A DNA stretch of 64,000 bases from an uncultured Candidatus Saccharibacteria bacterium (GTDB lineage Bacteria > Patescibacteriota > Minisyncoccia > Phycocordibacterales > UBA9988). The position numbers and the translations under genes were made by a program. The DNA lies in the NCBI GenBank assembly GCA_964401135.1, contig CAYNXC010000001.1, positions 210,264 through 274,263 on the forward strand, in the 5' to 3' direction. Position 1 is the first letter of the stretch, and each line of letters opens with the position of its first letter. This document shows positions 7,587 to 15,713 of this stretch, piece after piece. Under the pieces are notes generated by a model that saw nothing but the letters and a program-made list of their open reading frames with translations, did not search any database and had not been told where the DNA came from.

Positions 7587-9059
7587 ATGATGATACAGAA
7601 AGGGGATATACCGGCTCTCATCCAAAAAACCTCTCACACCCTTGAGAAGGCTGGTTTTGAGGCGTATATCGTTGGGGGTTGTGTACGAGATCTCGTAATG
7701 GGAAAGGAGCCACACGACTGGGATATCACTACAAGAGCGCGCCCGGATGAGATTATTGCACTTTTTGAGAAGACATTTTACGAGAATACCTACGGCACAG
7801 TCACGGTTGTTACCGAGGATGCAGAAGAGACACTCCGCCATATCCAAATTACTCCTTTTAGAGAGGAGGGTCAATACAGTGACTCACGACATCCAGATTC
7901 TGTTACTTTTGGCACTTCTATTGAGAATGACCTAGGGAGGAGGGATTTCACCATGAATGCGATCGCGTACCGGCCAGAGACCGATGTCTTTATTGACCCA
8001 TTTGGTGGACTAAAGGATATAAAGGACAACTGCATACGGGCGGTTGGGGATCCTATTGAACGATTGGAGGAGGATGCTCTGCGTAGTATACGGGCGATCC
8101 GTTTTGCGTCTACATTTGGCTTCTCTTTAGATGAAAAGACTTTCTCGGCCATTAAAAAAATGGCTAAAAATATAAAGAAACTCTCTACTGAGCGAATCCG
8201 TGATGAGTTTGAAAAGATTATCCTCTCTCCAGAACCACAAAAAGGACTCTTGCTTGCGGAGTCACTTGGGGTGTTACATGAGATAGCACCGGAGTTAGAA
8301 GAAACTATTGGCGTTAAACAGAACGGAGACCACCCATATCCAGTATGGGAACATATCCTCAAAGCAGTACAGCACTCGGCAGAGAGGAATTTCCCATTAG
8401 AAGTACGCTTTGCGGCTTTATTTCACGACATTGGCAAGCCTCGGACCAGAGATTTTTCACGTGAAAAGAATGATTACACCTTTTACGGGCATGATGTGCT
8501 TGGTGCACGAATGGTTAAAAAGATACTAACTCGCCTCAAGTTTCCCGTGAAAACAATAGAATCGGTCGAAAAATTGGTGAGATACCATATGTTCTTTACT
8601 GATATAGAGAAAATAACCCTCTCGGCTGTCCGCCGTATTGTCCGAAATGTTGGACCAGAACGAGTATGGGATCTGATGAAGGTGCGTGCTTGTGATCGAA
8701 TGGGGATGAATAGGCCAGTAGAAGAGCCATATCGCTTACGGAAATATGAGTCCATGATTGAAGAAGCCTTACGGGATCCCACCTCTGTAAAGATGCTCAA
8801 AATCGATGGTAAGCGGATTATGGATGTTACACAAGAAACACCTGGCCCAAAGATAGGATTTATCCTCCATGCGCTCTTAGAAGAAGTACTGGACGACCCC
8901 TCACTAAACACCGAGGAGTATCTTGAAAAGAAGGCGCAGGAGCTAGTAAGACTCACCGAAGAAGAGCTGAAGAAGCGGGGAGAAAGTGGAAGACAAAAGA
9001 AAGGAGAAGTAGAAGAGGGAGAACTTAAGAAAATACGATCAAAGTATCGTGTAAAATAA
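7587..9059 (+). CDS. cca: CCA tRNA nucleotidyltransferase with HD domain
   Basis: YIVGGCVRD, DWD, RRDFTMNA, EDALR..RA.RF, ERI..E motifs, plus H...HDIGK HD domain. None of the tRNAs here encodes CCA. Confidence 0.92.
   Translation: MMIQKGDIPALIQKTSHTLEKAGFEAYIVGGCVRDLVMGKEPHDWDITTRARPDEIIALFEKTFYENTYGTVTVVTEDAEETLRHIQITPFREEGQYSDSRHPDSVTFGTSIENDLGRRDFTMNAIAYRPETDVFIDPFGGLKDIKDNCIRAVGDPIERLEEDALRSIRAIRFASTFGFSLDEKTFSAIKKMAKNIKKLSTERIRDEFEKIILSPEPQKGLLLAESLGVLHEIAPELEETIGVKQNGDHPYPVWEHILKAVQHSAERNFPLEVRFAALFHDIGKPRTRDFSREKNDYTFYGHDVLGARMVKKILTRLKFPVKTIESVEKLVRYHMFFTDIEKITLSAVRRIVRNVGPERVWDLMKVRACDRMGMNRPVEEPYRLRKYESMIEEALRDPTSVKMLKIDGKRIMDVTQETPGPKIGFILHALLEEVLDDPSLNTEEYLEKKAQELVRLTEEELKKRGESGRQKKGEVEEGELKKIRSKYRVK
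8825..8840. promoter_or_regulatory. parS-like site TGTTACACAAGAAACA in cca (weaker ones at 8453-8468 and 8539-8554)
   Basis: Similarity to the parS consensus; encodes VTQET, the type of peptide produced by intragenic parS sites. Confidence 0.5.
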
Positions 9060-9089
9060 AAAACCCTCCCGTTGTCTGTTGGGGAGGGC
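9054..9089 (-). terminator. Intrinsic terminator between convergent cca and xer
   Basis: CCCTCCC/GGGAGGG stem with an A-tract on its left (T-tract for the minus strand). Confidence 0.65.
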
Positions 9090-9100
9090 TGCGTTGGCTA

Positions 9101-9233
9101 TTTGTCTTATAGAACAAAGAAATTATCTGAAACAAGGGTGGAGAACCTCTATTTAGTGTTCTTTGTCTTAAAAGACAAAAAGGCCTCTGCGTAAGGACAA
9201 ATCATATCTGTCCTTTATTGTACTTTGTCCTTT
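9101..9233. repeat. Array of TTTGTC-N6-GACAAA-type palindromes and half sites
   Basis: 9101 TTTGTCTTATAGAACAAA; 9162 TTTGTCTTAAAAGACAAA; 9193-9215 AAGGACAAAT-CAT-ATCTGTCCTT; 9224 TTTGTCCTTT. Confidence 0.6.
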
Positions 9234-9259
9234 ATATCCGTCAACTCAGTTATCCACAA

Positions 9260-10180
9260 TTAACCCTTCCGCCCTTTGGCGTGAAAGTTTTGGTGTATCT
9301 CTTTGAGATGCTTATCGGTAACATGGGTATAGATTTGCGTGGTAGAGACAGAAGAGTGACCTAACATCATCTGCACCGACCGGATGTCTGCGCCATTTTG
9401 TAACAAGTCTGTTGCAAATGAGTGGCGTAGGATGTGTGGAGTCATCTTTTTACCAATGCCCGCCTTGACTGCGTACTGTTTTACTATCCGTTCAATACTC
9501 CGCGAGGTAAGGCGCTCACTCTTATTCTTATTGATAGTTGAGAGGCCAACAAAGAGTGCATCCTCCATATCCTTTCTCTTCTTTAAGTACTCATGGAGAG
9601 CATCCTTAGCAGAAGGGGAGAGAAAGACGACGCGGACCTTTTCACCCTTACCGCGAACAGAGAACTCATCCCGCGAGAGATCGATGCTGTCGGTATTGAG
9701 CGAACAGAGCTCCGATACGCGCAAGCCAGTAGAAAAGAAGAGCTCTAGGATTGCCCGGTCGCGGAGCCCTTTTGCTTGGGTAGTATCTGGGGCAGAGAGG
9801 AGGCGTTCTAACTCCGTACCTGAGACAAGATCAAGGTTGCGTGCTGGTGTTTTTGCCAGCTCAATGGTGTCTGGCGCCAGAGAGCTGATCTTTCGCTTCA
9901 CTAGATATCGGAGAAAGGCGCGTAAAGCAATGAGATGATAGTTCTGGGTGTTTCTCTTGAGCGTACCGCCATACTTTTGCCTATTCTCCTGACGATTGAG
10001 CCAGAGACGGTATGAGCGCACAAGCTCCTCTGTTATCAGAGAAGCATCGTCAATACTCGTTTGCTTAATAAAACGAGAGAGATAGCGATCATAATTCTCA
10101 ACTGTTTTGAGGCTACGGCCCTTCTCTATCTCCAGATATTCCAAAAACTCTCGTTTAAGAGCCGTAATATTGTGCGACAT
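9260..10180 (-). CDS. XerC/XerD-family tyrosine recombinase
   Basis: SAM-like N-terminal domain, TGLRVSEL, GKGEKVR, TPHILRHSFAT, LGHS..STTQIY catalytic set. Confidence 0.93.
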   Translation of the reverse strand: MSHNITALKREFLEYLEIEKGRSLKTVENYDRYLSRFIKQTSIDDASLITEELVRSYRLWLNRQENRQKYGGTLKRNTQNYHLIALRAFLRYLVKRKISSLAPDTIELAKTPARNLDLVSGTELERLLSAPDTTQAKGLRDRAILELFFSTGLRVSELCSLNTDSIDLSRDEFSVRGKGEKVRVVFLSPSAKDALHEYLKKRKDMEDALFVGLSTINKNKSERLTSRSIERIVKQYAVKAGIGKKMTPHILRHSFATDLLQNGADIRSVQMMLGHSSVSTTQIYTHVTDKHLKEIHQNFHAKGRKG

Positions 10181-10209
10181 TGCTTCAGTATAGAGGTAAG
10201 GGGGGAACC

Positions 10210-10238
10210 TTGCAAAGTCTAAAGTTCTATGCTACTAT
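10210..10238 (+). promoter_or_regulatory. sigma70 promoter of rpsO (leaderless)
   Basis: TTGCAA-17bp-TACTAT with TGn extension, 6 nt before the ATG. Confidence 0.7.
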
Positions 10239-10244
10239 TGCCCC

Positions 10245-10484
10245 ATGCTTGCTACTAAGAAAAAGCAGACGGTAATCAAAAAGTCACAGGTACACGACAC
10301 GGACACTGGCTCTTCTGCTGTGCAGATTGCGCTCCTGACGGAACGGATTGAGACTCTCGCCAGGCACTTGAAGAAAAACGCCAAGGATAATCACTCCCGC
10401 CGCGGCCTCCTCAAGATGGTTGCTGATCGTCGCATACATCAAAAGTATGTAGATAAGCAGACCAAGAAAGCTAAAATAAAATAA
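10245..10484 (+). CDS. rpsO: 30S ribosomal protein S15 (C-terminally short)
   Basis: HDTDTGS..VQIALLT.RI..L..HL....[13 protein letters not shown]. Confidence 0.95.
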   Translation: MLATKKKQTVIKKSQVHDTDTGSSAVQIALLTERIETLARHLKKNAKDNHSRRGLLKMVADRRIHQKYVDKQTKKAKIK

Positions 10485-11008
10485 TGCCTGTTATTAAGCA
10501 CAGCGACCAGCGCGTGGGAGTCTTCATAGACACCCAGAACCTTTACCATAGTGCAAAAAACCTCTATAAAGCCCGAGTCAACTTTGGCAATATTGTTAAA
10601 GATGCGGTAGGGAGTCGCCGCCTTGTGTGCGCGCTCGCCTATGTTATTACTACCGAGGGCGGTGAAGAAAAAAACTTTTTTGAGGCACTCGCTAAAGTAG
10701 GGATAGAGACAAAGACGAAGGATCTGCAGGTCTTTGCTGGAGGGGCAAAGAAAGCGGACTGGGATGTGGGGCTTGCCGTTGATGTGATTATGTTTGCCCC
10801 CAAATTGGACTCTGTTATCCTCGTGACCGGAGACGGGGACTTTATCCCGCTCGTTGAGTACCTTCAGCGCACCTTCGGCATACAGGTGGAAGTCTTCTCA
10901 TTTGGCAAAAGCACTTCCGGAAAGCTCCGTGAGGCGGCAGACAGCTTTACCGACCTCTCCGAGAACCCTCGCCGCTACCTCATCCCCGTCAGAAACGGAG
11001 GGAAATAA
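10484..11008 (+). CDS. NYN/LabA-DUF88 PIN-like domain protein
   Basis: VFIDTQNL, KKADWDVGLAVD, LVTGDGDF motifs; TAATG coupling to rpsO. Confidence 0.9.
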   Translation: MPVIKHSDQRVGVFIDTQNLYHSAKNLYKARVNFGNIVKDAVGSRRLVCALAYVITTEGGEEKNFFEALAKVGIETKTKDLQVFAGGAKKADWDVGLAVDVIMFAPKLDSVILVTGDGDFIPLVEYLQRTFGIQVEVFSFGKSTSGKLREAADSFTDLSENPRRYLIPVRNGGK

Positions 11009-11014
11009 TATAGT

Positions 11015-11500
11015 ATGGAATATCACACTCTATCATTTAAAAAAGATAGGGATGCAGTATCGGAACCTCCAAAATTTTTATATTGGATAGTATTTGACGG
11101 GAATCATACAGACTGCGCTTTTGATGAAATTGCCCTAAAAGCAAGCTCTGAAAAAGATGGTGTTTACCCACTCGTGGTTTGTGGGTGTGGCTATATTGGC
11201 TGTAATGGTATGTATGTCACAACTCGTATTGAAAAAGATGATGTAATCTGGGAAAAATTCTGGCAAGGACAATGTTGTGGGGAAACAGAAAAAGACGACG
11301 AATTATCGGAATTTTCCTTAATTAAGAATAGTGCAAAAGGGAAAAATATTACATTAAAACCGCCTGTAAAATTTCATCTCGGTGAATATCGTGACCTTAT
11401 AGAAACAATAGAGCATGATATAAAAAGTGATCCGATCAGTAGTAAAGAATATGATGAAGCTCTTTCATATTATAAAGATGGTAATGTTTTTAGAATGTAA
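11015..11500 (+). CDS. Hypothetical protein with CGCG.xGC motif (AT-rich)
   Basis: 161-aa ORF with Cys cluster VVCGCGYIGC; AT-rich relative to flanks. Confidence 0.7.
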   Translation: MEYHTLSFKKDRDAVSEPPKFLYWIVFDGNHTDCAFDEIALKASSEKDGVYPLVVCGCGYIGCNGMYVTTRIEKDDVIWEKFWQGQCCGETEKDDELSEFSLIKNSAKGKNITLKPPVKFHLGEYRDLIETIEHDIKSDPISSKEYDEALSYYKDGNVFRM

Positions 11501-11502
11501 AA

Positions 11503-12006
11503 ATGAATTGGCTATCTAAATTTTTTTTAACATACGGCTTCGGCTCAGTTGGATCCATTGCAAAATGGATGGCAGTGAACTATACAAAAGCTAAGAAAAA
11601 ATTTCCAAAAAAAACTCACCGAGAATTATTACTGCACCTTATTGAACTGCGATACCCAAATGGTAAAGCGATAATAGGCCCTGAACGACTGCCTGAACCG
11701 AGCATGGCAATAATTGAAAAATGCCAAGGATCTTTGGAAAAAATCACTATGTATATAGAACATCTGGAACACAATGAATTGGATGAAGTAAAAATAACTC
11801 GACCATATTTATATAGGGCCGTAAAAAAAATAGTTCGGGAAAGATTAAATAAATTTGCTCCTGATATTAAGAGAGATTTAATAGATGATGCCCTTGAAGT
11901 TTTTAAATCTGGCAAGGGAATTAAGAATGACAATTGGAGTATTGAACCTATAGCAAAAAACTTTTGCTCAATATCTTTTCCAGAAGATAAAGAAACGGAG
12001 AAGTAG
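11503..12006 (+). CDS. Hypothetical basic protein (AT-rich)
   Basis: 167-aa ORF 2 nt downstream of the previous gene. Confidence 0.65.
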   Translation: MNWLSKFFLTYGFGSVGSIAKWMAVNYTKAKKKFPKKTHRELLLHLIELRYPNGKAIIGPERLPEPSMAIIEKCQGSLEKITMYIEHLEHNELDEVKITRPYLYRAVKKIVRERLNKFAPDIKRDLIDDALEVFKSGKGIKNDNWSIEPIAKNFCSISFPEDKETEK

Positions 12007-12037
12007 ACAATTTCTCTTATTCAATCTTAATAATTCC

Positions 12038-12820
12038 TCACGGATTACTACGCGGTAAAGTAGTATAAAATTGATGTACGATTTCTTTCATGTCTTTCAG
12101 TAATTTTATTAGAACCGCATCGACTATTTCTTGAGGGATATTCTTGTAAAATGCTTCAGCGATTGCACCAGAAATACATGCGAGAGTATCGCTGTCTCCT
12201 CCGAGAGTTATCGCATTCCGTACTGCACTTTCAAAATCAGTAGACTCTAAAAAGCACATGATGGCTTCTGGGACTGTTTCTTGACAGGTTTCATTAAAAA
12301 AATATGTTGTCCTGATTTCTTTCAGAGTGCGGCCAAGATCATAATCAAATATTTTTTGGATACTTTGAGTTATATCTTTTTTAGTGACGCCACTTCGAGA
12401 TAAAAAGATTGAAAGAGCAACCGCTTGTGCCCCTTTTATTCCTTCTGAATGATTATGACTTACTTCTGCGCTCTTTTTTGCTTCTCTTAAAACCTGATCT
12501 TCGTTGTGAAAAAACCATCCAATAGAGCTTACGCGCATTGCTGAACCGTTACCGTAGCTGTTGTAGGGTTGTGGATCACGAGACTTAATCCATGAATAAA
12601 AACGGTCTCCATATCCACGATCTAAGTATTTTTGCCCCCATTCTCGCATCGTCAAACCATATTCCTTATGATTTAAAATGGCGTCAGCAACAGCAATTGT
12701 CATAACAGTATCATCAGTAAAATCTGATTCTGTATTAAATAAAGAAAAATCAGGATTAGCACGCTTATATTCAAAAGGTGACCCAATTATGTCCCCAATG
12801 ATTGCCCCTAACATCATCAC
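12038..12820 (-). CDS. ADP-ribosylglycohydrolase (DraG/ARH family)
   Basis: MLGAIIGDIIGSPFE, FTDDTVMT, GNGSAMRVS, GGDSDT motifs. Confidence 0.93.
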   Translation of the reverse strand: MMMLGAIIGDIIGSPFEYKRANPDFSLFNTESDFTDDTVMTIAVADAILNHKEYGLTMREWGQKYLDRGYGDRFYSWIKSRDPQPYNSYGNGSAMRVSSIGWFFHNEDQVLREAKKSAEVSHNHSEGIKGAQAVALSIFLSRSGVTKKDITQSIQKIFDYDLGRTLKEIRTTYFFNETCQETVPEAIMCFLESTDFESAVRNAITLGGDSDTLACISGAIAEAFYKNIPQEIVDAVLIKLLKDMKEIVHQFYTTLPRSNP

Positions 12821-12870
12821 ACTGTAATCTTATTCTGAAGTAATACAAATGGCTTCTATCTTGGAGATTC

Positions 12871-12898
12871 TAGACATGTTGGTTTGCAATGCTATACT
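12871..12898 (+). promoter_or_regulatory. pnp promoter
   Basis: TAGACA-16bp-TATACT with TGn extension, giving a 5'UTR of about 85 nt. Confidence 0.6.
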
Positions 12899-12923
12899 CT
12901 CCACATTAGCCAGTAATTAATAA

Positions 12924-12984
12924 TGGTGGTCAGCGGATAGGAGGTCCGAAACGAGGGTTTCGAATCTAAATTCGAGGACCACTA
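12924..12984 (+). ncRNA. Structured pnp 5' leader (multi-stem junction)
   Basis: TGGTGGTC/GACCACTA closing stem enclosing CGGAT/GTCCG, GAAAC/GTTTC and TCGAAT/ATTCGA hairpins. Confidence 0.5.
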
Positions 12985-12991
12985 CAGCGTT

Positions 12992-15232
12992 ATGGAGAAA
13001 AAAGAATACTCAATGGAGTTGGGAGGCAAGACCCTGACGGCAACTTTTAGTGACCTCGCCGATCAGGCGCAGGGCTCAGTACTGATTAAGCACGGCGAGA
13101 CCGTCGTACTTGTCACAGCGGTGATGAGTAAGGATGCGAAGGAGGCAGCTGGATACTTCCCGCTCACTGTTGATTACGAAGAAAAGTTCTACGCCACCGG
13201 CCGTATCTTGGGGAGTCGTTTTGTAAAACGAGAGGGAAGGCCATCTGACGAGGCCATCCTCACCGGTCGAGTAGTAGACCGTACTATCCGTCCACTCTTT
13301 GATAGCCACATCAGAAACGAGGTACATGTGGTGGTGACAGTCCTCTCTATAGATGAAGAGAACGACCCCGATGTGCTTGGGATCATTGGCGCATCTCTCG
13401 CGCTCGGCACTTCAGAGATCCCGTGGAATGGCCCCGTCTCAGCCGTCCGCATTGGAGCAAAAGAGATGAGCTCTCCCTTTATGGTGACTCCCGGGTACTC
13501 CGAGAGAGAGCAGTGTGCCTTTGACCTGCTCATATGCGGGAAGGATGGCTCAATCAACATGATAGAAGCAGAAGCAACCGAGATTCCTGAAGCACGGATC
13601 AGCGAGGCCTTTGCGCTTGCTATTACAGAGCTTGCCAAGATTGAAGCATGGCAAAAGAGCATCATCATCGAGCGAGGAAAAAAGAAACTTTCCCTGCCTA
13701 AACCAGTACTTGCCCCAGAGATTATTGCAATCTTTAAGAAAGAAATTGAGCCGAAACTTGATTCGGCCATCTTTAGCGGAGCAGGGAAAGAGGCAATCCA
13801 CGCGCTTGAGGAGGAATGGATGACGCTCATTTTGGGACAATCCCCTGATGCGCCAAAAAATGACGCCTTGGATTACTATATGGATTCGGTCAATAACCTC
13901 CTCCACACAGAGGCAATCACAAAAAAGCGCCGTGCTGATGGCCGGAAGGTTGACGAGGTACGACCTCTCTTTGCGCAAGCGGGAGGACTCTCAAGTATCG
14001 TCCATGGAGCAGGATTCTTTTACCGTGGCGGGACACACATCCTCTCGGTACTCACTCTCGGGAGCCCTAAGGACTCACAAGTAATTGAGGGTATGGAAGT
14101 GCGCACTAAGAAGTACTTTATGCACCACTACAACTTCCCTCCATTCTCTTCAGGAGAGACCGGACGCATGGGGGGCACCAATCGTCGTGCCATTGGCCAC
14201 GGCGCACTTGCAGAAAAGGCGCTCCGTGCAGTCATCCCTCCAAAAGAGAAGTTCCCTTACAGTATCCGCATCGTGTCAGAGTCAATGGCCTCAAACGGTT
14301 CCACCTCAATGGGGAGCGTTTGCGGAAGTACCTTAGCCCTCATGGATGGTGGCGTACCGATTAAAAATCCTGTTGCAGGGATTGCGATGGGGGTGATGAT
14401 GGGGAATAACGGAGTCGAGCTTCCAGAGGGATGTCCGACTCCGTACCAGATACTCACCGACATTCAAGGCCCAGAAGATGAGCATGGCGATATGGACTTT
14501 AAGGTTGCGGGAACCAAGGAAGGGGTAACCGCTATCCAACTAGACATCAAAGTGGGGAGCATTCCCGTTGCAATCTTAAATGAGGCTCTCGACGGAGCGA
14601 GGGCCGCGCGGCTTCACATTCTAGAGACTATTACCACTGCAATCCCTGCGCCTCGCGCAGATCTAGCGCCCTCCGCACCGCGAATCATCCAAATCAGTAT
14701 CCCTGTTGAGAAGATTGGCGCAGTCATCGGCTCGGGAGGGAAGGTGATCAACTCAATTATTGAAGATACCGGTGCAGACATTGAGATAGAGGACGATGGA
14801 ACAGTCTACATCTCCGGCATGGTAGAGGCGGTGACAAAGGCAAAAGAGACTGTTGAGGGGATAACTCACGAGTACCAAGTAGGAGAGCGCTTTGAGGGAG
14901 AGGTAATCAAAGTATTGGACTTTGGCATTGTGGTAAAAATTGGACCAACACAAGAAGGACTCGTGCACATTTCAGAGATAGCGCCCTATCGCATTGATAC
15001 TGTAACTGGGTTCTTCTCCGTAGGAGAGAAAGTGCCGGTTGCCATCTGTGGACTTGACCCAGAGAAGGGAAAAGTAAGTCTCTCTATTAAAGATGCCGAT
15101 CCGAGCCTTGCAGAGAAAAAAGGCTTCACTCGTTCCGCCAGTATGGGATATAATGGGAGTGATCATGGACACACATCAGAAGAACGCAGGGGGAGACGCG
15201 GCGGCGGCAGACCCGGTAGCTCTGGACGATAA
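12992..15232 (+). CDS. pnp: Polyribonucleotide nucleotidyltransferase (PNPase)
   Basis: RFVKREGRPS, FMHHYNFPPFS, SNGSTSMGSVC, GDMDFKVAGT, KH and S1 domains. Confidence 0.97.
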   Translation: MEKKEYSMELGGKTLTATFSDLADQAQGSVLIKHGETVVLVTAVMSKDAKEAAGYFPLTVDYEEKFYATGRILGSRFVKREGRPSDEAILTGRVVDRTIRPLFDSHIRNEVHVVVTVLSIDEENDPDVLGIIGASLALGTSEIPWNGPVSAVRIGAKEMSSPFMVTPGYSEREQCAFDLLICGKDGSINMIEAEATEIPEARISEAFALAITELAKIEAWQKSIIIERGKKKLSLPKPVLAPEIIAIFKKEIEPKLDSAIFSGAGKEAIHALEEEWMTLILGQSPDAPKNDALDYYMDSVNNLLHTEAITKKRRADGRKVDEVRPLFAQAGGLSSIVHGAGFFYRGGTHILSVLTLGSPKDSQVIEGMEVRTKKYFMHHYNFPPFSSGETGRMGGTNRRAIGHGALAEKALRAVIPPKEKFPYSIRIVSESMASNGSTSMGSVCGSTLALMDGGVPIKNPVAGIAMGVMMGNNGVELPEGCPTPYQILTDIQGPEDEHGDMDFKVAGTKEGVTAIQLDIKVGSIPVAILNEALDGARAARLHILETITTAIPAPRADLAPSAPRIIQISIPVEKIGAVIGSGGKVINSIIEDTGADIEIEDDGTVYISGMVEAVTKAKETVEGITHEYQVGERFEGEVIKVLDFGIVVKIGPTQEGLVHISEIAPYRIDTVTGFFSVGEKVPVAICGLDPEKGKVSLSIKDADPSLAEKKGFTRSASMGYNGSDHGHTSEERRGRRGGGRPGSSGR

Positions 15233-15713
15233 ACTAAAAGCGGCCCGTCTCGCGATGGAGGGGCCAGAGTATGCCGCAAGACGAGAAGAGCGCGAGCGCA
15301 GTGAAGAACTCCACAAAAAGCGCGAGGTGGCAGAGCGACGCTTGGAAAGTATCAAGGAAGAAAAAGAAAAGCTGGAGCTCGCGTGGATTGCACTTGACGA
15401 GAAGCGTGTTCGCGCCCGCCAAACTCTGATGCCACTCTTGGAAGAAGAAAAGAAAATAGAGGCGGAAGAGACGGCTCTGGAAGAGAAAGAGCGTATCAAT
15501 GTGGTAGCAGAAGAACGACAGGTGATAGAGAAAGAGCGTTACGAGGTACAAAAAAGACGCCGCGCGGCAGAAGAGAAAAAATGGCAGAGCGAGGAGGCTC
15601 TTACCGACATTGAAGAAGAAGTTGATATACACACCAAAGCGTACCAAAAACTCTTGGATGAAGAGGAGGATCTGTATTCTAACCTAGAATCATTAGATAA
15701 AAAGATGCCATGA
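15165..15713 (+). CDS. Coiled-coil hypothetical protein (overlaps pnp 3' end)
   Basis: E/R/K-rich helical sequence; TATAAT and GGAG just upstream of ATG 15165 inside the pnp tail. Confidence 0.75.
   Translation: MDTHQKNAGGDAAAADPVALDDKLKAARLAMEGPEYAARREERERSEELHKKREVAERRLESIKEEKEKLELAWIALDEKRVRARQTLMPLLEEEKKIEAEETALEEKERINVVAEERQVIEKERYEVQKRRRAAEEKKWQSEEALTDIEEEVDIHTKAYQKLLDEEEDLYSNLESLDKKMP

Noticed and set aside
9101-9258. Canonical dif site
   Set aside because: No match to the 28-bp XerCD dif consensus, and the position is only ~35 kb from oriC; kept only as an unexplained array.
9260-10180. Xer gene as a prophage/ICE integrase
   Set aside because: Housekeeping XerC/D-like sequence flanked by cca and rpsO; no att duplication or phage genes.
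12940-12960. GTCCGAAACGAGG looks like a hammerhead ribozyme fragment
   Set aside because: No CTGATGA core on either strand nearby.
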